Below, piece by piece: positions 48,467 to 60,400 of a stretch of DNA of 63,877 nucleotides (the first letter of the stretch is position 1; each line of letters begins with the position of its first letter). Both the position numbers and the translations under genes were made by a program. A model generated the notes under the pieces. It was not told the origin of the DNA, searched no databases, and worked only from the letters and a program-made list of their open reading frames with translations. Source of the stretch: Malacoraja senta (taxonomy: Eukaryota); contig CM075994.1 of assembly GCA_038087875.1 (NCBI GenBank), positions 2,854,124-2,918,000 on the forward strand, in the 5' to 3' direction.

Positions 48467-51400
48467 CTGAAAGAGAATACAGCAACATTTCAGAAAACTT
48501 GGGCAGCAAAAAATAATTTAACTTGTAGTTATATCAAGTTAGCATAAAGTACAAGTCCACACTACTACTATAATTTAAGCTTCAGATAAAAGGTTGAGGG
48601 ATGTGGGCCAAATGCAGGCAATGGGACAAAGTATAGATGGGGCATCTTGGTTGGCATGGAAACACACCCCTGGCCCAACTTGCCCATGTTGCATTACTCT
48701 GAATTAATGGTATTATTTTTGAATCAAATAGGGAATTCTGACCTTTTACAGACAGGAATTTATATACACAGGTTCTGCATCTTATTTCCCATGTAACACG
48801 TTGTCCTGGAATAGAAATAAAGCTAATCTATGAATGATGAGTCTATTAAATTGAGATAAACTGCTTTCGCACATCTTAAATCGAAATCAATTGTGAGAAA
48901 ACGTATGGCAAATTGCAATCTACTGTTCTCCTTTAAGAGTGTTTTGATGTGGAGAGAAGGTGGTAGTTGCTATTTGCTTTTCTTCTCTCTTCACTGAACA
49001 TTGACAACTCTGAATTTTAAAACTACTCTGACCAATCAATATTAATTCAAAATAAATACTTACCTAAAACAGGAATCACTGTTATTGTTTTGGAATTTTT
49101 TGTTGCCTCCAATATATTTTCTGGCATGTCTTCATTACTAAAGGAATAAAAAAGTATTATTCCATTTCATGATCTAGAAGCCATTTAATTGTTTCCTCTA
49201 GTTTTAAAAGATTTTTTGGTTGATATGTATAGAGGTAAGAGTTAATTTTAAATTCTGATGGGATTAAAAGACTTTTACTAATTCCAATAACTACAGGTTG
49301 TAAATGATTCACACTTTGTAGCAAGAACAACAAAAGAAAAGTACTCACGCATCAACAATAAGAACAGAGTCTCCCCAGTGCCTATGTAATGCCAGGTCAC
49401 GAAGATATTCAGGGTCTGGACTGGGCATCTCCAAGGAATCAATAATATGAAGGTAATCCTGAGAAGCAAGCCATCACATTAATGGAAATTGCACAGTACA
49501 TGGTGTTTTAAAAGTCAAAAGGCAGTGATGGAACATCCTTACAATATGTTGCATAAGTCCAATAGTTACACTGGCAAAAAACTTAAATATTTATAACTAC
49601 CTTACATACCATTTATTCAACATGTGCCACCAATATAAATCAGTCAATGTAACAGTTTAAGCAGATTATTAGATTAGAGCTACAGCATGTAAACAGGCCC
49701 CTTGGCCCACCGAGTCTGCGCCGACCAATGATCTCGCAGCCACTAGATCTATGTTATCCTAGTTTTGCACTCCATACACTAGGGGCAAGTTACAGAAGCC
49801 AATTAATTAACACATCTTTGAAATGGGAGGAAACCAAAGCACCCAGAGAAAACCCACATGGTCAGAGAGAACGTACCACTCTGTATTGACAACACCCGTA
49901 GTCAGGATTTAAACCAGGTCTGGTGCTGCAAGGCAGCAACTTAGCCATTGTGCCACCCTGAACCCATCAACCCATCACAACTGAAGGACATTACACCAAG
50001 CAGATGCCATGTGGTTATTAAATAAATAAAATTCTGTATGCAATTATAATATAGATGATTCACAGCATAAAACAGAACTATTTTGTATATAACAGTAATA
50101 TGCAGAATCTGATTACATATATTTTAAAAAGTTTGATTAAAAGAATGCATACTACTTGCACCAAAGATATTTATCTCAAACTACACTTTGCTCTTTACTA
50201 AAAAATTCAATCACATATCAAGTAAATTTGGATCAAGCTTTCTTGATGAATTTGTACAATATGCTTAAGAAGCTGGTGGACAGGATACAAGAAGAGGTGC
50301 AATGAAGAATATAATTCCTAGTCACAACTAAGAAAAGCATACCAGGCATGCAGACACAAGTGAAGAAGCAGATGTTAAATTTGTAAATCAAGATAAATGC
50401 ACTTACCTGAGCAAACTTCATGGTGAGAGCTACTTTCAGGCCCATTACACGAACTTTCATGGGCAACATATAATAGTAGCTTGTTGGTCCTCGAGGACCA
50501 TGGGAAACACCGCCTATGAAACACAATATATTTTATGCTTGGAACAGATCTTTGCCCAGCATATCAACTGGCTGAATTCTTCCTCTACCCTGTGCTCTAA
50601 AAATGCCTTGCAACAATTGTTTCAATAGCAAAAATTACTTAACATTTTAAGACAAAGGAATTTACATGAAAATGGTAAAAGCACTGCTACTTTAAAAAAA
50701 TATCAAATCTGCATTCATCCCAAAATGGTGCATTAATCTAAATAATAACATTATTCACATTTTGAAAGCCCGGTTTTCTCCAATCATTAAAAAATCTTCT
50801 GTTAATGTAATCAGTATTTTTTAAGGAATGCTATTCAATTAAAAGAAAGCATATTAGAATGCCACAAAGGAATTTAATAATTGCAAAGAATTGAATGAAT
50901 GTCATTAGCTTGCGCACTCTTCTAGGGATAAGAGGGAATAAAGATGGGCTTCTTTGAAAACAATGGTTAAAAGAAACCGTTTTTAAAGCAGTTAAAAAAA
51001 TTGCCTGTTATTTATTTAATAGACAATAGGTGCAGGAGTAGGCCATTCGGCCCTTTGAGCCAGCACCGCCATTCAATGTGATCTTCTTTTTGCTTATGGC
51101 GTGCACAGCCTAAAGTTGTAGGACAACTTGTTCTATTTGATCTTATTTGATTGTGCACGCCATAAGCAAGTTGATTGCATTCGTCGAAACAGGGTGGACC
51201 AAGTGAAGGTTGCAATCTTCCACCCTTCAATGTGATCATGACTGATCGTACCCAGTCAGTACCCCGTTCCTGCCTTCTCCCCATATCCCCTGACTCCGCT
51301 ATCTTTAAGAGCCCTATCTAGCTCTCTCTTGAAAGTATCCAGAGAACCGGCCTCCACCGCCCTCCGAGGCAGAGAATTCCACAGACTTACAACTCTGTGT

Positions 51401-54400
51401 GAAAAAGTGTTTCCTCATCTCCGTTCTAAATGGCTTACCCCTTATTCTTAAACAGTGGCCCCTGGTTCTGGACTTCCCCAACATCAGGAACATGCCTCTA
51501 GCATGTCCAAGCCCTTAATAATCTTATATGTTTCAATAAGATCCCCTCTCATCCTTCTAAACTCCAGAGTATACAAGCCCAGCTGCTCCATTCTCTCAGC
51601 AGATGACAGTCCCGCCATCCCGGGAATTAATAAAGATGGGCAATGCCAGCTTTTATGTCCATTCCTCACTTAGCACTCAAAATATGTTCCCAAGAACACT
51701 AGCTTGAAAGCAATCAGTGCTGAAAAGGTCATAATCCCATTATAAATTGCCAGCCTCATCCCTGTATCTCAGTTTAGACAAGTCCTTATGACAGACTTTG
51801 CAAGATCAATTGGATTGAGTGACTCTTCTAGGGGAGGTGTCCCATCTGATTTGGTAATGGTGCTGAAGGTGATCAGAGCGGTAAAGAAGGATAATATTTT
51901 GAGTAAAATTACATGTTCATTTTATAACTACTTATATTTTCAGTACAAAATAGTAAATCATTGGAATCTAAGATCCCAAAATGAACACAAGGTAAAGTTT
52001 ATGCAATTCAGCAGAACTACAAATATGAATATGGATTATTTAAACAATAGATGGTTACCTCCTCTCCATACTGGTGATCGGATACTTCCTTGCCGAGCCC
52101 TACCACTTCCTTTCTGTTTCCAGGGCTTTCTGCCTCCTCCTCTTACTTCAGCTCGAGTCTTCACTCTGGCATGACTCTACAAATATTAAAACATGCCAGT
52201 ACCTTATTTCTTCTCCCTTTGAAATTTTGTCTACTCCTCATTTACTTTAACGTTAAATTTTGATGGCATCTTGCAATCCCTTGAATTTAAAATTACAATT
52301 GGAGCAGATTAGATGCAGATAAATTATTTCCTCAAAATGTAGTAAATATTAGGAGTTCAAGGATGTGGATTTAGATCGACTGAATCTCTAAAGACTGAGT
52401 TGGTTACATTTTGTATAGAGCAAAGGAGATAAAGTAACATTAAGGCAAAAATTACAAAACAGATTCAAGCAGCCATGTTGCCTAACATTGACACAAAGTG
52501 CTGGAGTATCTCAGCGGGTATGGCAGCACCACTGGAGACATCACCCATCCTTTTTTTCCCCAGAGATGCTGCCTGACCGGTTGAGTTATTCCAGCACTTA
52601 GCATCTATCTTTGGTATAAACCAGCATCCGCAGTTTTGTTTCTATACTTTAGCTATTTTGCTTTCCTGTATTTCTAGAACTCAGACTCAAGACCAAATCT
52701 AGTTCTGAGCACAACAGCCTGCATCCTGGACAAATAATTAAAGACTACTTACTATTCTTTTAAAGTTTTTCTGCCAAATTGCAACTTCGTGTAGAATATC
52801 AATTCTGTTTAAAAGCAAATAAAAAATCATTGGTAGCCTCTTTTAAAAAGCATGTCAATAAAAATGTTGCCCAACATAATTTCACATAATAACAATAGCA
52901 TTGCGCTGGACAAAAAATATAAGATATTTTCCAAGAATTGCATTCTAGCATATTACTTTTTATAGAATTGCCTTGGCCAATTTCGGCATCATCCCCCTTC
53001 TCCTCAAACTCCAAAGATTGATCAGCGCCTCATCCATGAGTCCAAGCATCTACATTCCTCTGCCATCAGTAAATCACCTCTACAGTATAAGCAAATTCCA
53101 AGATCTACTGCAGCAACTCATTAAGCCACTTTTGGCATCGTGCCCCAACACGCAACCTCATCGTTGAAGGGAAATAAAGGAGACTGTCAAAACAAACCAA
53201 ATGCAAGCCTTGGATTTTCCAAGACTGGATGTAATCATTACTTCTCTTTCACCCCTCTGTAATGAGCCAAAGAGTAAATATAGACTCTGGTCATTGACAG
53301 GAGAAATTTCCTCACAGTGCTCACCGTATCAAGCTCCAAGAATCTTCTATTTCAATGAGATCAGATCTTACCGGGATTACCTACACCCGAATATGAACTC
53401 TTACACATTTACAAGTGTTTGGGAAATCAGCTGTTTGCTGGGGGTGGGGTGGAGGAAAAACGGCATTTCCATGAGTTTTCTCTCCTGCTAGCTCCAACAA
53501 TCAGGGGCTGGGTCAAGCTGAGCAGACCTGTGAGACCTGACTTTACGGCACTCCTAATAAATTATGAAGCATCATTTTCCTTTCAGAAATCCACATTGAC
53601 TCGGCATAAATCATGCTATGATTTTGTATGTGCTCAGCTATTCCTTGATAACCTTGATATCCTTGATTTCAGCATTTCTCAATAACTGACTTCAAGCTTT
53701 CCTCATCTGTTACTCTCAGATTTCTTACTCACTTTTTAAAAATAGCAAAAATAATATTCCTAAGGTAGACACAAAAAGCTGGAGTAACAAGGCAGCTGTG
53801 GAGAGATGAAATGGGTGACGTTTCAGGTTGATTCTTCAGACTGATGTCGGGGAAGGGGTGGGACAAAGATAGAAAGTAGGCTGAGACAGTAGGACTAGTA
53901 GGGGAACTGGGAAGGGAATATTCTGAAATGTTGGGCAAGGAAAATTACTGAAGTGTTGTTTAGAGACTACAGTGCGTTGTGACAGCATATGTAAGAAAGG
54001 CCTATGACAGCAGGGCTGCCAACATTGGGTGAGAGTTGGGAGTGAGAAATTGCGAGAGACCAAGTCCGAGGGAGCGTAGCGACCGGGGAGGGGGGGGGGG
54101 GAGGAGGGTGTCCCCCCTCCCATTGGTATGGAACTTTTGCATTTTTCAGCTTGAAATTGTGCAATATGGTGCATACTGTAGCGAGTCTTTTAACTCACAC
54201 TTGAATGCAATATATATGCTTTAAATTGGATTAGCTATGAATAAGGTTAGATTAAATTACATTCCACAGTAGAGCCCAGGCTCTGATCAACACATGCAGC
54301 ACATGAATGATCTTAGTGTATTCATGTATGGAAATCAGGTTATAATCAAACACTTGGCCCATGTTGACCAACCTGGGTCTCACTGCACACCTGGTACTAC

Positions 54401-57400
54401 TCTGGGCCCTGACTCCAGTTGCATACCTTCTCTTATTCCTGTCCCCGAGTCCAGCCTTACACCTGCCTCCCTATTCTACCTTGATCATAGCTGCTTACCT
54501 GCTTAGGTTCCCAGTGCTGAACACTCCCCTGGTCCCAGCTTTGACTGCACACCTAGTACTATTCCAGACCTTGACTCTGGATGCACACTTGGCCTTGCTC
54601 CTAGCCCCTTTGCACTGACAATATATCTGGCCCACACATAAAGCCCCATATCTGACTCCCTGGACTTAACCTATTACATTCAAGTCCACAGGTGCTTATC
54701 TAATGTGGTAATCTTTTATGGGGCACTACAGACCAAATTTTGTATAACAAATTTGCTACATCCATTGGCTTCCTTGTTATCTAACATGCTAGTTACTTTG
54801 TCAAAGAAGTCAATTGGTTGAACACAATTTCTCATCCATAAAATTATACTCACTCAGCTGTATAAGTATTCTGTCACAATGTCTTTCATTTTCCTAACAA
54901 ACTGTCCTGAAGTCATTTTCACCCTCAATATTTTCAGTATTTTGCTGTCTTCCTCTCAGCTGGGACTTTTCCAAAATGCAAAGTCCAATAACTATATATT
55001 TAAGCAATATTATTCTATTAAATGTGATCTTGAGAGTACATAATATTTTCTGTGGTATTCATAACACAACAATGATAAAAAGATCTTTGTTTTGATTGTA
55101 CCTATCAACATGTATACATTATTACATTACAGTTAATATGTACCAAGGGCAAATTTTAGTTCCAATGCTCCCCATTCCCAATTACTTTTACATTTCAGTG
55201 ATTGAAATCCAAGTGAAGTTTAAATGGCATCATAAAAGTAAAACGTCCGGAATGGATGATATTCATTACGTGGTTGGTTGGGGTCAGTATCAGCACAATT
55301 ACTATATTAAACTTTGAATCTTCAGATGTCCTGGTTCAAGCTAAAACTAAAGACAAATAATAATCTCCTCACACATTCCCCTGCAAGTATCTCTATCACT
55401 CCTTTCAAATATGCCCCTTCTTTGAACAAGCTCTTAAATATCACATCTGAATCAGTTTCCATCTGATTACACTCCTTGAGGATGTTCATCTATGTGTTCA
55501 ATTAATAAAACAACGAGATTGGGGACATTCCTATTCAACCTGACAAAGGAATTGGGGGGGGGGGGGTTTAGAAATAGTCAATGAGGTAAACAAACATAAT
55601 AATTGAGTGGCAAATGACAATAGTGCTACCTTCCCAATATTTAACTGAAGAAAATAATGGGTTATCGGGGCTGTATGTTGTGACAGACAGCCTGACACTT
55701 GCATGTCATTTTAATATTACATTTATCTCATCCCACTGGATATTCCGGATTAATAAATTAAGGTTTTGTCAACTAATTACAAATCAGGCTAATTACAAAT
55801 CAATAACATTAGCCAACATGAAGCGCTGAGCATTGGGATCCAGGCATCACGGACAACTGGCCTCAGTTCCCCGCTCACATCTGGCAGTGTCCTCTGTCTG
55901 GACCAGGGGCCGCGGAGCGTTTTTGAAAGTGGGGAGGCTGAAAGTGCCGGTCACCTGGGCGAATTTGGCACAGACTCTCACGGCAGCGGCGCAACGCTTC
56001 CGACGCCTCCGATGACCCGGGACTCTAGCACTGAGGCTGCTCCATGGCCAGAGTTGCAGTGAGCTACTCGCCATCCGGCAAACACTCGCCAGCCCGGCAA
56101 ACACTCGCCAGCCTCGCTCCCCGTCCGCATCTGTCCCCGCCGCTGCTTCTGCTTCCAACACCCATGGCCCATGCAGTTGATATGTTTTGAAATTTTCGTT
56201 GATCACAGAATTTCTCACAAGAGCGTGAGAAATTTGTGATCAGCGTGAGAATTTGGCGAAATGCGTGATTCTCACCCTCAATGCATGGGAGTTGGCAGCC
56301 CTGCCTCTCTATCCCCCTCTCCCCCCTCTCTCTCCCCCTTTCTTTCTCTCTCCCCCTCTCTCTCCTCTCTCTCCCCTTCTTTCTCTCTCCCTCTCTCTCC
56401 CTCCCACCCCTCTCTCTCTCCCCCCTCTCTATCTCTCCCCTCCCCCTCTCTCCCTGTCTCCTCTCTCTCCCTCTCTCCTCTTCCCCCTCTCTCCCTTCTC
56501 TCCTCTCTTCCCCCTCTCCCTCCCCTCTCTCCCTCCCACCTCTCTCATCCCCTCTCCTCTCTCCCCCCTCCCCCTCTCACCCCTCTTTCCCCTAACTCTC
56601 TCCCCCTCCCTCTCCCCCCTCTCCCTCTTTCTCTTTCTCCCTCCCTCTCTCTTCACTCTCTCCCTCGTCCTCTTTCTCCCTCCCACCTCACTCCCCCCTT
56701 GCTCTCTCCCCTCTCTCCTCTGTCTCTATCTCCTCTTTCTCTTTGCCCCCCTTCTCTCTCTCTTTCCCCATTTCTCTTTCCCCCTCTCCCCCTCTCCCCC
56801 TCTTCCCCCTCTTTTACCACCCCTCTCTCCCATTCTCTCCTACCCTCTCTCCTCCCTCTCCACCACCTCTCTTCCCTTTCTCTCTCTCCTCTCTCTTCCT
56901 CCCCTATCTCTCTTCCCCCCTCTCCCCTCACTCTCCCATCTCCTTCCCCTCTCTCTCTCTGCCTCCCTTTGAGAGTCTCTGTCCCTTCGGCACAGAGACT
57001 CTCACGGCAGCAGCGCAACGCTTCCGAAGGCCCGGGACTCTTGCACTGCTCCATGGCCGGAGCTGCAGCGAGAGACTCGCCAGCCCGCAAACACTAGCCA
57101 GCCCGCAAACACTCGCCAGCCCGGCAAACACTCACCAGCCCCGGTTTCCCGCATCTGTCCCCGCTGCTGGTTCTGCTTCCATCCCTCCCTCAGCCCCGGC
57201 TCTTCAACACCCGTGGCCCATGCAGTTTATATGAGTTTTGAAATTTTTGCAGATCACAGAATTTCTCACGACAGAGCGTGAGAAATTTGTGATCAGCGTG
57301 AGAATTTGTTCAAATGCGTGATTCTCATGCTCAAAGCTTGAGAGTTGGCAGCACTGTGACAGTCAAAAATATTATACACCAGGCCCGTATGAAGCTTTTC

Positions 57401-60400
57401 AAAAAGGGGGGTGGCATGGCAGGATTACAAAAAATGTATGTGAAATAAGTGCACGCAGCGCATATCACAAGCACGAAGCTGAAAGACCCTTGTGGCCGGG
57501 GTCCAGGGCCCGCTTAAGGGCCCTGGAAGCTCTGGGGTTTTAGATGCTCTCTGGTGCATTCTGAACCTTATTTTGGAGCATTTTTGCACCAAATGTATGA
57601 CAAATATTTCAGAAATAATTTTGGTTGAGTCAAGATGATTGGGGTCATTGTTGTATACATTTAAAAAAATCAAGAATTGAAGCTGTCCTTGTTTTAATAA
57701 TCAAGTTGTACTGTAAAATGTTATGTAAAATGTTATAAAGGAGCATGCAAACACTGCAAATAAAATACTGTACGTTTTTTTAGAAAATGTTTTGTGTGTT
57801 GATTTGATTGCGTTACTGTTCGACTGTGTTAGTGTGTGCACATTAAAAATATGATGCAAAATGAAAGTCGCAAACTATGGAATTCATATTTTTCAGTATT
57901 GTTATCAAGGAAAAGAAAGCAGTTCCAATTGTTTGATATTATTCATATGGAGAAAAAATAATTGCTTTAAAACCTACCTTAATTTTGCAATCTCACTAAA
58001 GATAATCCCCCTTTCCCCTCCTCCTTCCCCCTCCACCTCTCTCCCTCCCCATCTCTCTCTCTCTCTCTCTCCCTCCCCCCTCTGTCTCAACCCCCCCTTT
58101 CCCCTCTCACATCCCCCCTCTCCCACGCACCGAGGCTCCGACTCCGCGCCGCAGACACCGCAGCCCCCCCCCCCCCCCTCGGCCCGGAGAAACGGGCACT
58201 CCCGCAACACAATATTCCACTACTTACCTGGAGTAGACACGAGGCATCGAGGTGATTGTGTGGAGTGCAAATGGAGATCTGAACCCACCCGGGCCCACAG
58301 CGCAGGCGCGGAGAGACAGCATCATTTTGCTTAGCTATTGCGTCACCGGCTTCCCCCAACTACGCAGATGGTCGCAATTTATTTCCCCAAAAGTTCCGGA
58401 GGCCCCATAGATTTTGAGGCCCGAGGCTTCAACCTATGAGGCCTGTAGGTAAATCCGGCCCTGGCTGGGCCTCACAGGACAGAAAGGTCAGATTGGGAAT
58501 GGGAGGGGGGAGTTAAAGTGCTGAGCAACCGGGAGATCAGTCAAGTCAAGCCACTTTTATTTTTATAGCACATTTAAAAAACAACTCTCGTTGACCAAAG
58601 TGCTTTACATTGGTGGAGGTACTAACGTTATACAACAGTGGTTCATAGATTACGTACATACATAAATACATACATATAGCCCTCCCTCAGAGGACGTCAA
58701 GAAAGGCTTGAGAGTAAAGATGAGTTTTAAGTCTCGATTTAAATGAGTCGATGGAGGGGGCAGTTCTGATGGGAAGAGGGATGCTGTTCCACAATCTAGG
58801 AGCTGCAACCGCAAAGGCGCGGTCGCCCTGAGCTTATGCCTAGACCGCGGGATGTTCAGTAACCCCAATCTGGCCGATCTGAGGGACCTGGAGGTGGTGT
58901 GGTGGGTAAGCAGACTTTTGATGTAGATGGGGGCAAGCCCGTTAAGGGCTTTGTAAACATAAAGAAGGATCTTGAAATTTATTCGGAACCGCACAAGGAG
59001 CCAGCGGAGAGAGGCCAGAATCGGGGTGATGTGGTCCCTTTTTCAGGTGCCCGTCAGGAGTCTCGCTGTGGCGTTTTGGACCAGTTGCAGGCGGGACAGG
59101 GAAGATTGGCTGATGCCAGTGTAAAAGGAGTTGCAGTAATCGAGGTGGGAGGAGATAAATGTGTGGATGATCGTTTCGAGGTCATCAAACTGGAGGAATT
59201 GTTTTATTTTAACTATCGTCCGAAGCTGGCTTTTACCACGGCATTGACCTGTTTGTCAAATTTCAATGCTGAGTCAAATAACACGCCAAGGTTTTTGACG
59301 TGAGGTTTGAGTAATGGGGTAAGGCTTCCAAGGCTGCCTGCTATCGTTTTGATTGAGTTCGAGGGGCCGAGAAGGATGACCTTCTCGGTAGGTTACGATG
59401 GACTGAGCAGAGGTGTTCAGCGAAACAATCACCGAGCCTGCGCTTGGTCAGCTAATCTGCTCAGACATGACCAGAAGATGAATTCTGGAAAATCACAACT
59501 AATGTAGCCACTTCTCTTCAGAAGATACAAGTTGAGGGGATTTTTTATGGCCTACTTTATCTTGTACCCTCGAATACCATTCAACCATATCACTGCAGAG
59601 GGTACTAGATAATTTAGCTGTGTTTGTATCAATGACCAATTTATTTAACATTGCTTCAAACATTCAGATACAGAGCCTTAAATTCCCCCACTTTGTTTAG
59701 TTTAGATGAACGACATGGAAACAGGACCTTCGGACCACGCCCACCATTGACCACCCATTCACATTAGTTCTATGTTATCCCACTTTCCCTATATATTTGG
59801 GGCTATTTACAGAAACCAATTCAATTACAATCCCAAACATCTTTGGGATGTGGGAGGAAACCTGAACACCTGGTGCAAACTCCACATAGCACCTGAGGTC
59901 GGGATCGAACCTGGATCTCTAGTGCTGTGAAGCAACGGCCATACCAGCAGTGCCACTGTGCTGCCCTGAATGCTATGTGCCGCTGTACTTTTAAAAAATC
60001 TTCCCATACCCCAGGCCCTTTCAATTATTAAGTTTAAAGCCTTTTTACAGCTTGTGTGCTAAATTTATTAGTACTCCAGACAGGGACTAATTTATGAACT
60101 CAACGTGTTACAGGGTGGTACAGTGGCTCAGCTGGTAGAGCTGCTGCCTCACAGAGCCAGAAGCCAGAGTTCCATCTTGACCTCGGGTGCTGTCTGTGTG
60201 GAGTTTGCACTTTCTCCCTGTGATGGAATGGGTTTCCTCCCACATCGAAAAGACAAGCAAATTTGTAGGTTAATTGGCCTCTAAATTTCTGCTAGTGTGT
60301 AGGGAGTGCGTGCAAAAGTGGAATAACATAGAACTAGTGTGAAGGGGGGGGGGGGGGGGGGGATCTATGATCAGTGTGGACTCAGTGGGCCGAAGTGACT

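Larger units (their letters stand above)
51018..51632 (-). mobile_element. CR1-like LINE 3' end (interrupted)
   Basis: [38 protein letters not shown] plus 3' UTR. Confidence 0.9.

Noticed and set aside
56253..57234. Long L/S/P-rich ORFs
   Set aside because: CT low-complexity tract and transposon end, not a gene.
58221..58231. TACTTACCTGG matching the U1 5' end
   Set aside because: No further U1 sequence; it is simply the complement of a consensus splice donor.
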